DNA of 64,000 nucleotides, taken from Oscillospiraceae bacterium (GTDB lineage Bacteria > Bacillota > Clostridia > Oscillospirales > Acutalibacteraceae). Within the stretch, counting starts at the first letter, position 1. Each line of letters starts with the position of its first letter. Shown here one piece after another: positions 1 to 10,227 of this stretch. Position numbers and translations under genes: made by a program. A model generated the notes under the pieces. It made no database searches, was not told the origin of the DNA, and saw only the letters and a program-made list of their open reading frames with translations. The stretch lies in the NCBI GenBank assembly GCA_031282735.1, contig JAITDE010000018.1, positions 30,057-94,056 of the forward strand, written 5' to 3'.

Positions 1-427
1 GCTGGAGTATTTGCTCCGCGCTTTCGCGTGCCGATTGCGTAATGACATGCTCCTGCACCAACTGTACCGCCTGCGCCTCCGCTTGGGCAATGATATTCGC
101 GCTCTGCTGGTGCGACTGCATAACATGTTCCTTCGCCTGCGCAACGACCTCATGCACCTTGTTGTTGGCATGCGTTTCAATTTGATCCGCGCGGTCTTGG
201 GCTTCCTGCACGAGCCGTTCCGCCTGTGTGCGGGCATCGGTAAGGAGCTTGCCGCGTTCCGCCACAATTTTTTTTGCCTCTTCGATCACGCCAGGCAATG
301 AGGCTCGCAAGGATTCCAGTAAATCGCCCAAGATTTCCGGATTCACGATGCGTAGTTTGGCCAACTTTTTGCCGTTTTCGATTTGTTCTTGGATTTGCAA
401 CAGCAATGTATCCGCTTGATCAGCCAT
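1..427 (-). CDS. Coiled-coil Ala/Gln/Glu-rich protein of unknown function, 3' end cut by window edge
   Basis: ATG at 427-425 preceded by AGAGG RBS. The open frame MADQADTLLLQIQEQIENGKKLAKLRIV... runs to position 1. It is absent from the ORF track only because no stop lies in the window. Confidence 0.6.
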   Translation of the reverse strand, partial: MADQADTLLLQIQEQIENGKKLAKLRIVNPEILGDLLESLRASLPGVIEEAKKIVAERGKLLTDARTQAERLVQEAQDRADQIETHANNKVHEVVAQAKEHVMQSHQQSANIIAQAEAQAVQLVQEHVITQSARESAEQILQ

Positions 428-503
428 TGGATTACCTCTTTCACATTTATTTTTTATCTTTTACGACTATTGCGTTATTACATCAAAAGCAAAAAAGCGG
501 GGG

Positions 504-977
504 TTACCTTGCATTTTCCAGCGCGTTCAATGCTTCCGGCGGCACGAAGCCGCTCACATCGCCGCCCAAAAAGAACACCTGCTTCACCATGCTGGACGAC
601 AAAAACATACTTTCTCCGTCGGCGGCAAAAAATACGGTTTCAATCGCGTTGTTCAGCTTGCGGTTTGTTAACGCTTGCTGGAATTCGTAATCAAAATCCG
701 ACATGGCGCGCAAGCCTTTCACAATTGCCATCGCGCCCACGCGCTGGGCATAATGCGCAATCAAACCCGCGTCGGCATCCACACGCACATTGGGCAAATC
801 CGACGTGCAACGCCGCAATAAAGCGACCCGCTCTTCCATGGTGAACAGAGTTTCTTTGCGCACATTGGACGCAACGACCACAATCAGCCGGTCAAAAACC
901 CGCACCGCGCGGCGAATGATATCCACATGCCCGTTTGTGACGGGATCAAAACTGCCCGGGTAAATCGCAATTTTCAC
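504..977 (-). CDS. coaD: Phosphopantetheine adenylyltransferase
   Basis: VKIAIYPGSFDPVTNGHVDII... matches the canonical CoaD N-terminus. GTG start at 977 lies behind AAAGGA, 8 nt after the rsmD stop. The longer ATG at 1031 would overlap rsmD. Confidence 0.93.
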   Translation of the reverse strand: MKIAIYPGSFDPVTNGHVDIIRRAVRVFDRLIVVVASNVRKETLFTMEERVALLRRCTSDLPNVRVDADAGLIAHYAQRVGAMAIVKGLRAMSDFDYEFQQALTNRKLNNAIETVFFAADGESMFLSSSMVKQVFFLGGDVSGFVPPEALNALENAR

Positions 978-984
978 GCACCAC

Positions 985-1545
985 TCATCCTTTCGCGGTA
1001 TTTCGATAACGGTGGACGGATGTTTTGCCATGGTGATAGCTACGCTCCAAAACGACCGTGCCGATCTGATCTTGCAACGATTCGCCCTTGGGCGCTTCGC
1101 ACAAAATCACGCCGTTGGGACGCAAACGCGCCGCCGCAAAAGGCAAAGCGGCCTGCAAAATTTGCTTGCCGTAGGGCGGATCTAAAAAAATCACATCAAA
1201 CAGCAAAACGGTGTTGCGCAAAAACAGCAGAGCGTCCGCTTGCAACACTTTGCTTTGGGCGGATAGTTGCGTATGCTCGAGGTTTTGCCGAAGCACCGCT
1301 TGCGCCTGTGCGTTTTGCTCAAGAAAATGGCAAATGACCGCGCCGCGGCTGAGCGCCTCAATCCCCAATTGCCCCGTGCCCGCAAAAGCGTCGAGAACCT
1401 CACGACCCGCAATTTCAAATTGCACGGAGCTGAACATGGCTTCTTTGACGCGCTGTGAAGTTGGTCGAATCACGTCGCCGCCGGCCAGCGTTTGTAACTT
1501 TGCGCCTCGCGCACTTCCGGTAATCACTCTCACGGGATACTCCAA
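985..1545 (-). CDS. rsmD: 16S rRNA (guanine966-N2)-methyltransferase RsmD
   Basis: 186 aa with FAGTGQLGIEALSRGA SAM motif and DPPY motif. rsmD-coaD pairing is typical. Confidence 0.9.
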   Translation of the reverse strand: MEYPVRVITGSARGAKLQTLAGGDVIRPTSQRVKEAMFSSVQFEIAGREVLDAFAGTGQLGIEALSRGAVICHFLEQNAQAQAVLRQNLEHTQLSAQSKVLQADALLFLRNTVLLFDVIFLDPPYGKQILQAALPFAAARLRPNGVILCEAPKGESLQDQIGTVVLERSYHHGKTSVHRYRNTAKG

Positions 1546-1682
1546 TCTTAATCATGCTCATCCCTTTTCACACTCAAATTATGTCACGTTTTGCTATGCC
1601 TTGTCAAGCATTCTTTGCAAATTTTTCAATTTTTTTGCAAAATTTCACCTGTTTCTTCGGTAATAAATCCCAATATGCGGAA

Positions 1683-1708
1683 AGCGAGCAGATTTTTCAC
1701 TGCTCGCT
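1683..1708 (-). terminator. Stem-loop downstream of ftsZ (possible terminator)
   Basis: AGCGAGCAG-N8-CTGCTCGCT, a 9-bp stem 38 nt after the ftsZ stop. The U-run on the minus strand is weak. Confidence 0.35.
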
Positions 1709-1745
1709 CTATTTTTGCAGTCGGTTTTCGTTCCCGTCACTCGCT

Positions 1746-2912
1746 TTATTTGCTCTGATGATGCCTGTGCGTGTCCAGCATGTTCAAAAGGCTTTCGTGC
1801 TGGCGGTCGATGTCGGCGTCGGTTTCAAGTTGTGTGCGAACCGGCGTTTGTGCGGTGGGTTGCTGCGGCGCAATCGCGGCGGCAAGCGAGGGCGTGAGAT
1901 ATTGACCCGCTATGCTTCCCGTTTGAATTTTCGGCACTTGCTGGGCATCCGCTTGGTGCTTTAACCCCGTAGCGACCACGGTGATTGCAATCTCGTCTTT
2001 CATCCCGTCATCCATGGCAAGACCCCAAATGATGTGCGCTTCTTTGTCGGCGCTCTCCGAGATCATGCCGACAGCTTCTTCTACATCGCCCAAATCAATA
2101 TCCTCACTCGCGCGGATGTTGATGATCAGACCGTGTGCGCCTTCAAGGGATGTTTCGAGCAGGGGACTGGAGATTGCCGCCTGCGCGGCATCGTGCGCCA
2201 TGTTTTCGCCTTGACCGTATCCCACGCCGAGGTGCGCGAAGCCCGCGTCTTTCATAACGGCGACGACATCGGCGAAATCCAAATTGATATAACTGGGGTT
2301 TTTGATGAGATCTGAGATATTGCGCACACCCTCAAGCAAAACTTGATCCGCCAACTGGAACGCTTGCTTGATAGGCAGTTTTTGATCGCTCAGGCGGCGC
2401 AGATATTCGTTTGGTATTACAATCAGGCTATCGACCGTTTTTGAGAGCTTTTCGATGCCTTCCAACGCTTGGCGCATGCGCGGCAGACCTTCAAATTTGA
2501 ACGGCTTCGTTACAACCGCGACCGTCAAAATGCCCAATTCCTTCGCCGCTTGCGCCACCACGGGAGCCGCGCCCGTGCCCGTTCCGCCGCCCATGCCGGC
2601 GGTGATGAAAACCATGTCGGCACCCCGCAACAAATCGGTGATCACTTCGCGGCTTTCTTCCGCCGCTTTCGCACCGATTTCGGGACGTCCGCCCGCACCC
2701 ATGCCGCGGGTCGTCTTGTCGCCAATTTGAATTTTGTGCGTCGCGGACGAACGGTTCAATATTTGCCGATCGGTGTTCACGGCGATGAACTCCGCGCCCT
2801 GCACCCCGCTTTCGACCATACGGTTCACGGCGTTGCCGCCGCCGCCGCCAACACCAATCACTTTTATTTGCACTGTTTCGCAGATATCATTCGCAATTTC
2901 AAAAACCGACAT
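1746..2912 (-). CDS. ftsZ: Cell division GTPase FtsZ
   Basis: 388 aa. [13 protein letters not shown] tubulin signature and N-terminal [17 protein letters not shown]. Confidence 0.97.
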   Translation of the reverse strand: MSVFEIANDICETVQIKVIGVGGGGGNAVNRMVESGVQGAEFIAVNTDRQILNRSSATHKIQIGDKTTRGMGAGGRPEIGAKAAEESREVITDLLRGADMVFITAGMGGGTGTGAAPVVAQAAKELGILTVAVVTKPFKFEGLPRMRQALEGIEKLSKTVDSLIVIPNEYLRRLSDQKLPIKQAFQLADQVLLEGVRNISDLIKNPSYINLDFADVVAVMKDAGFAHLGVGYGQGENMAHDAAQAAISSPLLETSLEGAHGLIINIRASEDIDLGDVEEAVGMISESADKEAHIIWGLAMDDGMKDEIAITVVATGLKHQADAQQVPKIQTGSIAGQYLTPSLAAAIAPQQPTAQTPVRTQLETDADIDRQHESLLNMLDTHRHHQSK

Positions 2913-3015
2913 GGGGATCCTCCCTAAATATTTGTTTCGGATATCACATCATAACACAATACGGCTGAAAATTCAAGTGAAAACGGACACAACATACAAA
3001 AATTTGCAAAAAAAT

Positions 3016-3948
3016 TTATCGGATGCTCCAATCGCTTCGAAAATAGCCCTTTCCCGCGGTTGATAAATCCAATATGCCGTGCTGCAAATCGTCCTGCGCG
3101 TCAAGTTTTTGCAATATCGTTTCGGCGATTTTGAGTTTTCCATACAGATTTTGTTCCATATCCGCCGTTTGCGCCGTAACCGCGTTGCCAAAATCCAACG
3201 CGATACGATTTTGATATATGAAATAGGGCAGACCCGCTTTTTGAAGCGTCACGCCTGTGATATCCGCACTGAACGACGAATTGCGCACAAGCGTATATAA
3301 CAACGCCAACGCGCCGCCCTGCGCACCGTACCATTTGGCCTGCGCACCCGCCTGCGGGTGATCCAGGAACGCGCCGCGCACGGCAATCAAACCGTCGGGA
3401 CACACCGCCGCGCGCTCCAATAAAACGCCGTCGGCATCCATCAGCCACCAGTGCGGTTTTGGATTTTCGGCCGAAAGCACGTCCAAAAGCGGCGACAACG
3501 CCGCAAACTGCCACCATATGACGCTGTCCTGCAGCGTTGTGTAGCCCAATTGGCTCAGCAATTCTTTCACCGGCTGTAAATGCCGAAAAATCACGCTGTC
3601 ATATTGCGCGAACGCCGCCTGACGTTCCGAGACGATCAAGCGCAGTGTGCCGGGCGGTTCGGCATAAATTTTGACCGAGTCAATATACGGCAGTTGCTTT
3701 TTGATTTTTTGCGCGAGCTCTTTTTTGTTGCTTGTGAATATGTTTTGCGATTGCTTGTCCAGTTGCATTGCCGACCAAAAGTCCCGCTTTGTGTAGCGCG
3801 TTTTCCCCTCAATACTGCATTGCTCCGCCGAAAACCAAATGGTGAGCGAAAGCACGACCAAAACAATTGCCGCGGTGAAAAGGAACGCACAACCGATCAG
3901 CTTCCTATGATTTCGTTTTGCTTTTGATTTTTTCTCTTGTGCCGTCAT
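3016..3948 (-). CDS. ftsQ: FtsQ/DivIB-type cell division protein
   Basis: 310 aa. Basic N-terminus, a single TM (LIGCAFLFTAAIVLVVLSLTIWF) and an extracytoplasmic domain. Positioned between murA and ftsZ. Start overlaps the murA stop by 4 nt. Confidence 0.75.
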   Translation of the reverse strand: MTAQEKKSKAKRNHRKLIGCAFLFTAAIVLVVLSLTIWFSAEQCSIEGKTRYTKRDFWSAMQLDKQSQNIFTSNKKELAQKIKKQLPYIDSVKIYAEPPGTLRLIVSERQAAFAQYDSVIFRHLQPVKELLSQLGYTTLQDSVIWWQFAALSPLLDVLSAENPKPHWWLMDADGVLLERAAVCPDGLIAVRGAFLDHPQAGAQAKWYGAQGGALALLYTLVRNSSFSADITGVTLQKAGLPYFIYQNRIALDFGNAVTAQTADMEQNLYGKLKIAETILQKLDAQDDLQHGILDLSTAGKGYFRSDWSIR

Positions 3949-5207
3949 ACTTCCTCCCTCTTGATATCGGCTCCCAATTGTTTTAACGTGATTTCAAACT
4001 GCTCACAACCGCGGTCAATATGCCAAATATTGTTGACGACCGTCGTGCCTTCCGCCGCCAAACCCGCCAAAACCAACGCCGAGCCCGCGCGCAAATCGCA
4101 GGCATCCACATGTGCGCCATGGAGTTTTTCCACGCCCTCCACCACTGCGACGCGTTCTTCAACACGGATACGCGCACCCATGCGCCGCAATTCGCTCACG
4201 TGGCGGAAGCGGTTTTCAAAAATAGTTTCCTTGATGATTGCCGTGCCATTCGCCAAGCTCGCAAGCACCATTGCCGCCGCTTGCGCATCGGTCGGAAAGC
4301 CGGGATACGGCGCGGTATGTATGGATGGAAAAGAATCGAGACGTCGCTTCAGCTTCAGTGCCAGATCCCCGTTCGGAAATTGGCGCAGGGTGCATCCAAT
4401 GCGTTCCAAGAGGTTACGCATGGCGTCCATGTGATCCTGCGCCGCGCCGCGCAGGAGGATTTCGCCTTTTGTGACCGCCGCCGCGCAAAGCAACGTCATT
4501 GCCGCAATGCGGTCGGGGATCACCGTGTGTTCCGCGCCGTGCAGGGTTTTAACACCCTCCACCACGATCACGCCCTCCCCCGCGCCGTGGATGCGCGCGC
4601 CGCATCGGTTGAGAAAACGCGCCAAATCGGCGATCTCAGGTTCACGCGCCGCGTTGCTGATCACTGTTACGCCCCGTGCCGCCGTTGCGGCGATCATTGC
4701 GTTTTCGGTTGCGCCGACGCTTGCGAATTGCAGTGCGATACGCGCACCGATTAGTCCGTTCGGCACGGTGCATCGCAACAATCCGTTCTGCTCGTCAATT
4801 TGTACGCCGAGTGCGCACAAGGCATCCACATGCATATCAATGGGGCGCAAGCCAATCTCGCACCCTCCGGGCGCACACAGCGTCGCCTCGCCCACCGCGC
4901 ACAAGAGCGGTCCCATAAAAATGATGGACGAGCGCATTTCGCGCATCAAACACATGGGAATTTCCGCGCTTGTCAGCGTGCTTGCGTCGACTTCCACACA
5001 ACCATTTGTCTGCGTGACACGGCAGCCCAAATGCCGCAGGATTTGCAAAGTCGCCGTCACGTCGCTGAGCATGGGGCAACGATGGACGACGCATTTTGAT
5101 TTCGTCGCGACAGCCGCCGCCAAAATGGGCAACGCGCTGTTTTTTGCCCCCTGCACCGTATGTTCGCCCCGTAAGGGGTTGCCGCCATGAATCACAAAAG
5201 ACGCCAT
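3945..5207 (-). CDS. murA: UDP-N-acetylglucosamine 1-carboxyvinyltransferase
   Basis: MASFVIHGGNPLRGEHTVQGAKNSALPILAAA... is the canonical MurA N-terminus. ATG at 5207 lies behind AAGGAGGGAAG. Confidence 0.93.
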   Translation of the reverse strand: MASFVIHGGNPLRGEHTVQGAKNSALPILAAAVATKSKCVVHRCPMLSDVTATLQILRHLGCRVTQTNGCVEVDASTLTSAEIPMCLMREMRSSIIFMGPLLCAVGEATLCAPGGCEIGLRPIDMHVDALCALGVQIDEQNGLLRCTVPNGLIGARIALQFASVGATENAMIAATAARGVTVISNAAREPEIADLARFLNRCGARIHGAGEGVIVVEGVKTLHGAEHTVIPDRIAAMTLLCAAAVTKGEILLRGAAQDHMDAMRNLLERIGCTLRQFPNGDLALKLKRRLDSFPSIHTAPYPGFPTDAQAAAMVLASLANGTAIIKETIFENRFRHVSELRRMGARIRVEERVAVVEGVEKLHGAHVDACDLRAGSALVLAGLAAEGTTVVNNIWHIDRGCEQFEITLKQLGADIKREEV

Positions 5208-5285
5208 GCAATACTTCCCTCCTTGCAGTGCATAAAGTTGTATCATACTATTTTATGCAAAGGCAAGGAATATGTGACTCAATCT

Positions 5286-6419
5286 TTAATTGACAATGGA
5301 TAATAACGAAACGATCACGTCATAAATCCGTTCCGCCGCGTCCGCAATCGCCATCGCTTTTGCCGCCGCCGCCATCGAACTGCGCTTTTCAGGATTGGAA
5401 ATTAGTTCCTCAACGACTGCGGCAAGCAATTGCGGCGTGAGATCTTTTTCCTCAATCAAAACCGCCGCGCCCGCGTCCGCCAAAGCCTTGGCGTTATGGT
5501 ATTGATGATTTTCGGAAACATTCGGCGACGGCACAAGAATGGACGGCTTGCCCATCGCCTGCAATTCGCTGATCGCGCTTGCGCCCGCGCGGCTGATCAC
5601 CAAATCCGCCGCATTCATGCATCGCGGCATGTCGTCGATGTATTCCCGCAAAACAAGCGCGGGCGGCGCGATTGTAAGACCCTTTTTTGCAACCGCTTCG
5701 GGTACCCATTTGCCGTATTGCCCATAGGCGTGATGAAAACAAATCTTTTTATCCGTCAGCAAGCCCAGCATACCAACAACCGCGTCGTTCATCGCCCGTG
5801 CGCCGAGCGAACCGCCCATCGACAAAACCATCGGGCGTTCGTCCAGCCCCAATTCCCTGCGGCAGAGCGCGGATTGTGCCAAAAACATCTCACGCCGCAC
5901 AGGGATACCCGTGACAATCGGCGGATTCTTGCACCGCATGTGCGCCTGCGCCTGCGCGGCACCGAGCATCACGGCGTCAACATGTTTTGCCAGGGTTTTG
6001 TTCGTCACGCCAGGGAACGCGTTTTGCTCATGGATTGCGGTGGGTATTCCCTTTTTGTATGCCAAGCGCAGAACAGGTCCGCTCACATAACCGCCGAAAC
6101 CCACGACGACATCGGGTTTCACGCGGTCGAATATCTTCCCGACCGATCCCGTCACGCGCAACAACCGCTTGATTGTGCCGAGGTTGCGCTTGATGTTCTC
6201 CAAACGCATGCTCCGCTGGAAGCCGCTGATGTCGATGGTCTCCAACGCAAAACCGGCCGCCGGCACAAGACGGGCCTCCATGTGATCCGCCGTGCCGACA
6301 AAAACGATCTTTGCTTCAGGGTGCAGGTAGCGGATGATCCCCGCCACCGCGAGCGCGGGGTTAATATGCCCCGCCGTGCCGCCTGCCGCGATGAGATAGG
6401 TTGTCTTTTCTACGTTCAT
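5286..6419 (-). CDS. murG: Undecaprenyldiphospho-muramoylpentapeptide beta-N-acetylglucosaminyltransferase
   Basis: 377 aa. AAGGTAGHINPALAV motif and dcw context. Confidence 0.93.
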   Translation of the reverse strand: MNVEKTTYLIAAGGTAGHINPALAVAGIIRYLHPEAKIVFVGTADHMEARLVPAAGFALETIDISGFQRSMRLENIKRNLGTIKRLLRVTGSVGKIFDRVKPDVVVGFGGYVSGPVLRLAYKKGIPTAIHEQNAFPGVTNKTLAKHVDAVMLGAAQAQAHMRCKNPPIVTGIPVRREMFLAQSALCRRELGLDERPMVLSMGGSLGARAMNDAVVGMLGLLTDKKICFHHAYGQYGKWVPEAVAKKGLTIAPPALVLREYIDDMPRCMNAADLVISRAGASAISELQAMGKPSILVPSPNVSENHQYHNAKALADAGAAVLIEEKDLTPQLLAAVVEELISNPEKRSSMAAAAKAMAIADAAERIYDVIVSLLSIVN

Positions 6420-7653
6420 TTCGCCATGTCTCCTTCACTCTTACGCGCGGGGCGATGCGCGAAACGCCAAGCACAATACCCATTTCGGCAAGCAAGATCA
6501 CCAACCCCGTGCCTCCGTAGCTGAAAAACGGCAACAGCACACCCGTGTTCGGAATCACCGCCGTCGCCACGCCCACATTGAGAACCGCCTGCAAACCGAC
6601 ATGTAACATGATACCAATCACAAGCAACGACGCAAAGCGGTTGCGGGTTGCGTGCAAAGCAATCAAAAAACCGCGCGCAATCAGCGCGACGAATAACAGC
6701 AAAATAAAAAACGCGCCGCAAAAGCCGAGTTCTTCGCAGACGACCGAAAAAATGAAATCTGTGTAAGGATACGGCAGAAATGACAGCTTTTGCTACGATT
6801 GCCCGGGACCCTGCCCGAACAATCCCCCCGAACCGATGGCGTTGAGCGATTGGATGGTTTGCCAACCGTCGCCCTGCGGATCGCTTGTGACATCTTTGAA
6901 CGAAATGATGCGCGCGCTCCAATAGTTGCCCAGCAGTTCGGGCTTGTTCAAAAAAAACAAGACGACCGCAACGGCGCAAACGCCGATGAGAACATACATT
7001 TTGGTCGAAAATTTTTGTTCGCCGATAAAAAACATCGTCGCGCCGATCCCCAGCGTAATGATCATCCCCGAAAGATGCTTTTCAAGCAAAATCAGCCCGC
7101 CGAACATGGCAAGAATACCCAGCAAAACCCATGGCGCCGCGCCTTTGATCATCCATTTTGCGAATTTGCTTGCCGTAGGCTCAAGCGACTTGCGTTCGGT
7201 CGCGGATTTTTGGTATTGATCCATTGCGTAGGCGAAAAACAGGATCAGAGAGAGCTTCGCGATTTCGGACGGCTGAATCTGACCGATAATCGGGATCGGA
7301 ATCCACCGTTTGAAATCGCCGGTTCCCTTGTAGTAAAACAGAACCAACACGAGCAATCCTGTTGCAACGATGAGGGCGGGCCACGAAAGCTTGCGCAGGA
7401 ATTTGAGATTGACCTTCGACATGAACAGCATCGCCGCCAAACCGATCACCGCGAACATCAGCTGTTTGGATAGATAGACATATGGATTGCCGTCGTTTTC
7501 TTTGATTGACGTATACATACTCGCGGAGAACAGCATGAGCAAACCAATCACGAGCAGCACCAGCACCAGCACCATGAACGGCGGGTCGAACGCGCCCTGT
7601 TCAGGCGTGATAAGATCTTTCAGGGCACTCCATTTCCCCTTGCGTTTTTGCAT
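6361..7653 (-). CDS. ftsW: SEDS-family peptidoglycan polymerase FtsW/SpoVE, reading frame interrupted by one in-frame TAG at 6793-6795
   Basis: ORFs 6793..7716 and 6361..6702 are in the same frame. Direct translation across the junction gives ...GSGGLFGQGPGQS-TAG-QKLSFLPYPYTDFIFSVVCEELGFCGAFFILLLFVALIARG..., the conserved SEDS G-x-G-x-S-x-QK...LP-x-x-x-TDFIF block. ATG at 7653 lies behind GAAGGAGG. Confidence 0.85.
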
Positions 7654-7678
7654 GTGCAGTCCTCCTTCTTTTGCAAAT

Positions 7679-8734
7679 TTATGAAAGCCGAGGCACACCG
7701 AACCACACCGCCGCAATGCCTGCGATACAGCCGATTAGATTGACAAGCGATAGCACCAATGTGATTTTTTTCTCATTCCATCCGCCGCGCTCCAAGTGGT
7801 GGTGGAACGGTGCCATGCGGAAAATTCGCTTGCCATGCGTGAGCTTGAAGTATCCAATCTGTATGACATCGGACATACCTTCAATCACATAAACCAAACC
7901 GACCAACAGCAAAATAATCGGCATATCCAGCGCAAAGGTGATTGCGATAAGCAATCCGCCCAAAAACAGTGCGCCCGTGTCGCCCATAAAAACCTTTGCG
8001 GGGTTGCGATTCCACACCAAAAAGCCCGCGCAGCCGCCGACCATCGCCGCCGCCAAAACGCCCGCGCCGAACAGCCCGCGCATGACGGCAATCACGGCCA
8101 GCGCAACCCCCGCGGTCACTGTCACGCTGGAACACAATCCATCCACGCCGTCGGTGAAATTCACCGCGTTGGTTGTGGCATACAGCACACAAAAGCCGAA
8201 AATCCAAAAAAACCAGCCCAAATGCACTGAGCCGACAAAAGGAATGACGGTGTAAGGGCTTTTGTGCATAGCCAAATAAAGGCTATAAAGATAGCCGACG
8301 CTGATTAAAATTTGCAAAACGGATTTTTGGCTGATCGACAACCCCTTGTTACGCTTTTTGACGACTTTCACATAGTCGTCGGCAAAACCCAACAATCCGA
8401 ACGTGACAGCCATGATCAATCCCGCAACCAGTTTGATGGTGATTTCGCGCGAAGTCCGCAACGTGAACACGCCTATGTCGGGCACGTCAAAAAGCCCAAG
8501 ACCGAGCCATACGTTTGCCGCGAACGCCGTCGCCGCGCTGAGCGCAATCCCCGCAATGAACATCATGCCGCCCATTGTCGGCGTGCCTTGTTTGTGCTTG
8601 TGCCATTTGGGACCAATGTCTAAAATAATCTGCCCGAATTTGAGCTTGCGCAGCCACGGAATCACCGGATAACCCAACAGTGCCGTGATGCCGAACGCGC
8701 CGCAAGCCGCCAAAATCAACAAGGTCAACCGCAA
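7679..8734 (-). CDS. mraY: Phospho-N-acetylmuramoyl-pentapeptide transferase
   Basis: 351 aa polytopic protein with NAVNFTDGVDGL and MGDTGALFLGG motifs. TTG start behind GGAGGTGGG. Confidence 0.95.
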   Translation of the reverse strand: MRLTLLILAACGAFGITALLGYPVIPWLRKLKFGQIILDIGPKWHKHKQGTPTMGGMMFIAGIALSAATAFAANVWLGLGLFDVPDIGVFTLRTSREITIKLVAGLIMAVTFGLLGFADDYVKVVKKRNKGLSISQKSVLQILISVGYLYSLYLAMHKSPYTVIPFVGSVHLGWFFWIFGFCVLYATTNAVNFTDGVDGLCSSVTVTAGVALAVIAVMRGLFGAGVLAAAMVGGCAGFLVWNRNPAKVFMGDTGALFLGGLLIAITFALDMPIILLLVGLVYVIEGMSDVIQIGYFKLTHGKRIFRMAPFHHHLERGGWNEKKITLVLSLVNLIGCIAGIAAVWFGVPRLS

Positions 8735-8761
8735 TCAACCCACCTCCACGCCCGTGTTTTT

Positions 8762-10198
8762 TCACACGCCCAAAATATTGCGCACAACTTCGCGTTCATC
8801 CAAATGTATTTTTCCGGAAGCCAAAATCTGATAGGTTTCCTGCCCTTTGCCCGCAAGCACGACAACGTCGTCTTTTTTGGCGAGTTTGAGCGCAAGCGCG
8901 ATCGCTTTGATGCGGTCCGGCTCTGTATGCACGTGATTGGAATGTTTCATGCCCGCAAGAATATCGGCTATAATCGCAAGGGGATCTTCGGAACGCGGGT
9001 TATCCGAACTGACAATGACGATGTTGGCGTATTCCTGCGCGATTTTACCCATGATGGGGCGTTTGGTTTTGTCGCGGTCGCCCCCGCAACCAAACACCAA
9101 CAGTATACGCCCTTTTGCCGTGTTTTGCAAGGCTTTTAGTATATTTTCCAAACCGTCGGGCGTGTGAGCATAGTCGATCAAAACGGTGAAGCCAGTGTCA
9201 ACCGGCACGACTTCCATGCGCCCCCTCACGCCGCGCGATTGCGCAAGCGATGTGAGCGTTTGATGCAAATCCAAACCGAGTTCCACCGCGGTGCATGCCG
9301 CCGCCATGGAGTTATAAACCGAAAACGCGCCCGGCACGGCAAAGCGAAGTCTACCGATGGTTTGCCGTCCGACGAGTTCATACACAACGCCGTTCATGGC
9401 ATACTGCACGTTTTTCGCGGTATAATCCGCGCGCATTTCGCGAATCGAATATGTGACGACACGGGCGTTAGAGCCATCGACCATGGTTTCGCTGGCGGAG
9501 TCGTCGAGGTTGACGACCGCAAATTTTGTTTGACGGAAAAGCCTCTGTTTCGCGCTTGCATAGGCTTGGAACGACCCATGATAATCCAAATGATCCTGCG
9601 TCAGGTTGGTGAATATTGCCGCTTCAAACGTCAAGCCGCAAACGCGATCCTGCGCCAAGGCTTGGGAGGATACTTCCATAAAGCAATATGCGCAACCCTC
9701 TTCGGCCATCCGCGCAAACAAGCCGTGCAGTTCCCAAGGATCGGGCGTCGTTAGGCATGCTTCCTTGGATTCGGTGCCGACCATATTGACCAGCGTACCG
9801 ATCAAGCCTGTTTTATAGCCCGCGGCATCGAAGATCTCTTTGAGCAAAAAAGCGATCGTCGTCTTTCCGTTTGTTCCTGTTACGCCAATCAATTTGAGTT
9901 TGCGTGCCGGATAGCCAAAAAACGCCGCGCAGAGCGACGCATAGGCAGCACGGGTGTTTTTGGTGATGATTTCACGATCCGCGCCCGTTTTCTTTTGGGC
10001 GACGACACACAGCGCGCCAGCCGCAAGGGCTTCCCGCGCCATTGTGTGACCGTCGAACCGCGCACCCTTGACGCAGACAAAAACCGCGCCTCGGCTCACT
10101 TTGCGTGAGTCGTCCGTCACACATGTTACCATTTCCTCCAACGGCAAGTCTGTTGTGCCGCTGTATTCCAAATCATGCAAAAGTTCGCCTAAACGCAC
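8762..10198 (-). CDS. murE: UDP-N-acetylmuramoyl-L-alanyl-D-glutamate--2,6-diaminopimelate ligase
   Basis: 478 aa. GVTGTNGKTT P-loop and DNPR motif (SDNPRSEDP) typical of DAP-adding MurE. Confidence 0.92.
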   Translation of the reverse strand: MRLGELLHDLEYSGTTDLPLEEMVTCVTDDSRKVSRGAVFVCVKGARFDGHTMAREALAAGALCVVAQKKTGADREIITKNTRAAYASLCAAFFGYPARKLKLIGVTGTNGKTTIAFLLKEIFDAAGYKTGLIGTLVNMVGTESKEACLTTPDPWELHGLFARMAEEGCAYCFMEVSSQALAQDRVCGLTFEAAIFTNLTQDHLDYHGSFQAYASAKQRLFRQTKFAVVNLDDSASETMVDGSNARVVTYSIREMRADYTAKNVQYAMNGVVYELVGRQTIGRLRFAVPGAFSVYNSMAAACTAVELGLDLHQTLTSLAQSRGVRGRMEVVPVDTGFTVLIDYAHTPDGLENILKALQNTAKGRILLVFGCGGDRDKTKRPIMGKIAQEYANIVIVSSDNPRSEDPLAIIADILAGMKHSNHVHTEPDRIKAIALALKLAKKDDVVVLAGKGQETYQILASGKIHLDEREVVRNILGV

Positions 10199-10227
10199 GT
10201 TTCGTTTCCATCCTCTTCTGTTTTTTT

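Noticed and set aside
6793-6795. Pyrrolysine or a reassigned TAG codon as the explanation for the amber codon in ftsW
   Set aside because: TAG terminates several other ORFs in this window at positions where the homologous families normally end (serine hydrolase 26223, JAMM protease 35964-35966, giant protein 48304). No pyl genes and no tRNA with a CUA anticodon are visible here. This cannot be excluded genome-wide, but it is not supported.
5430-6979. Long alternative-frame ORFs (5430..6524 +, 6416..6979 -) across murG/ftsW
   Set aside because: The translations are Arg-rich nonsense typical of off-frame reading of high-GC genes. The murG and ftsW frames have clear family motifs.
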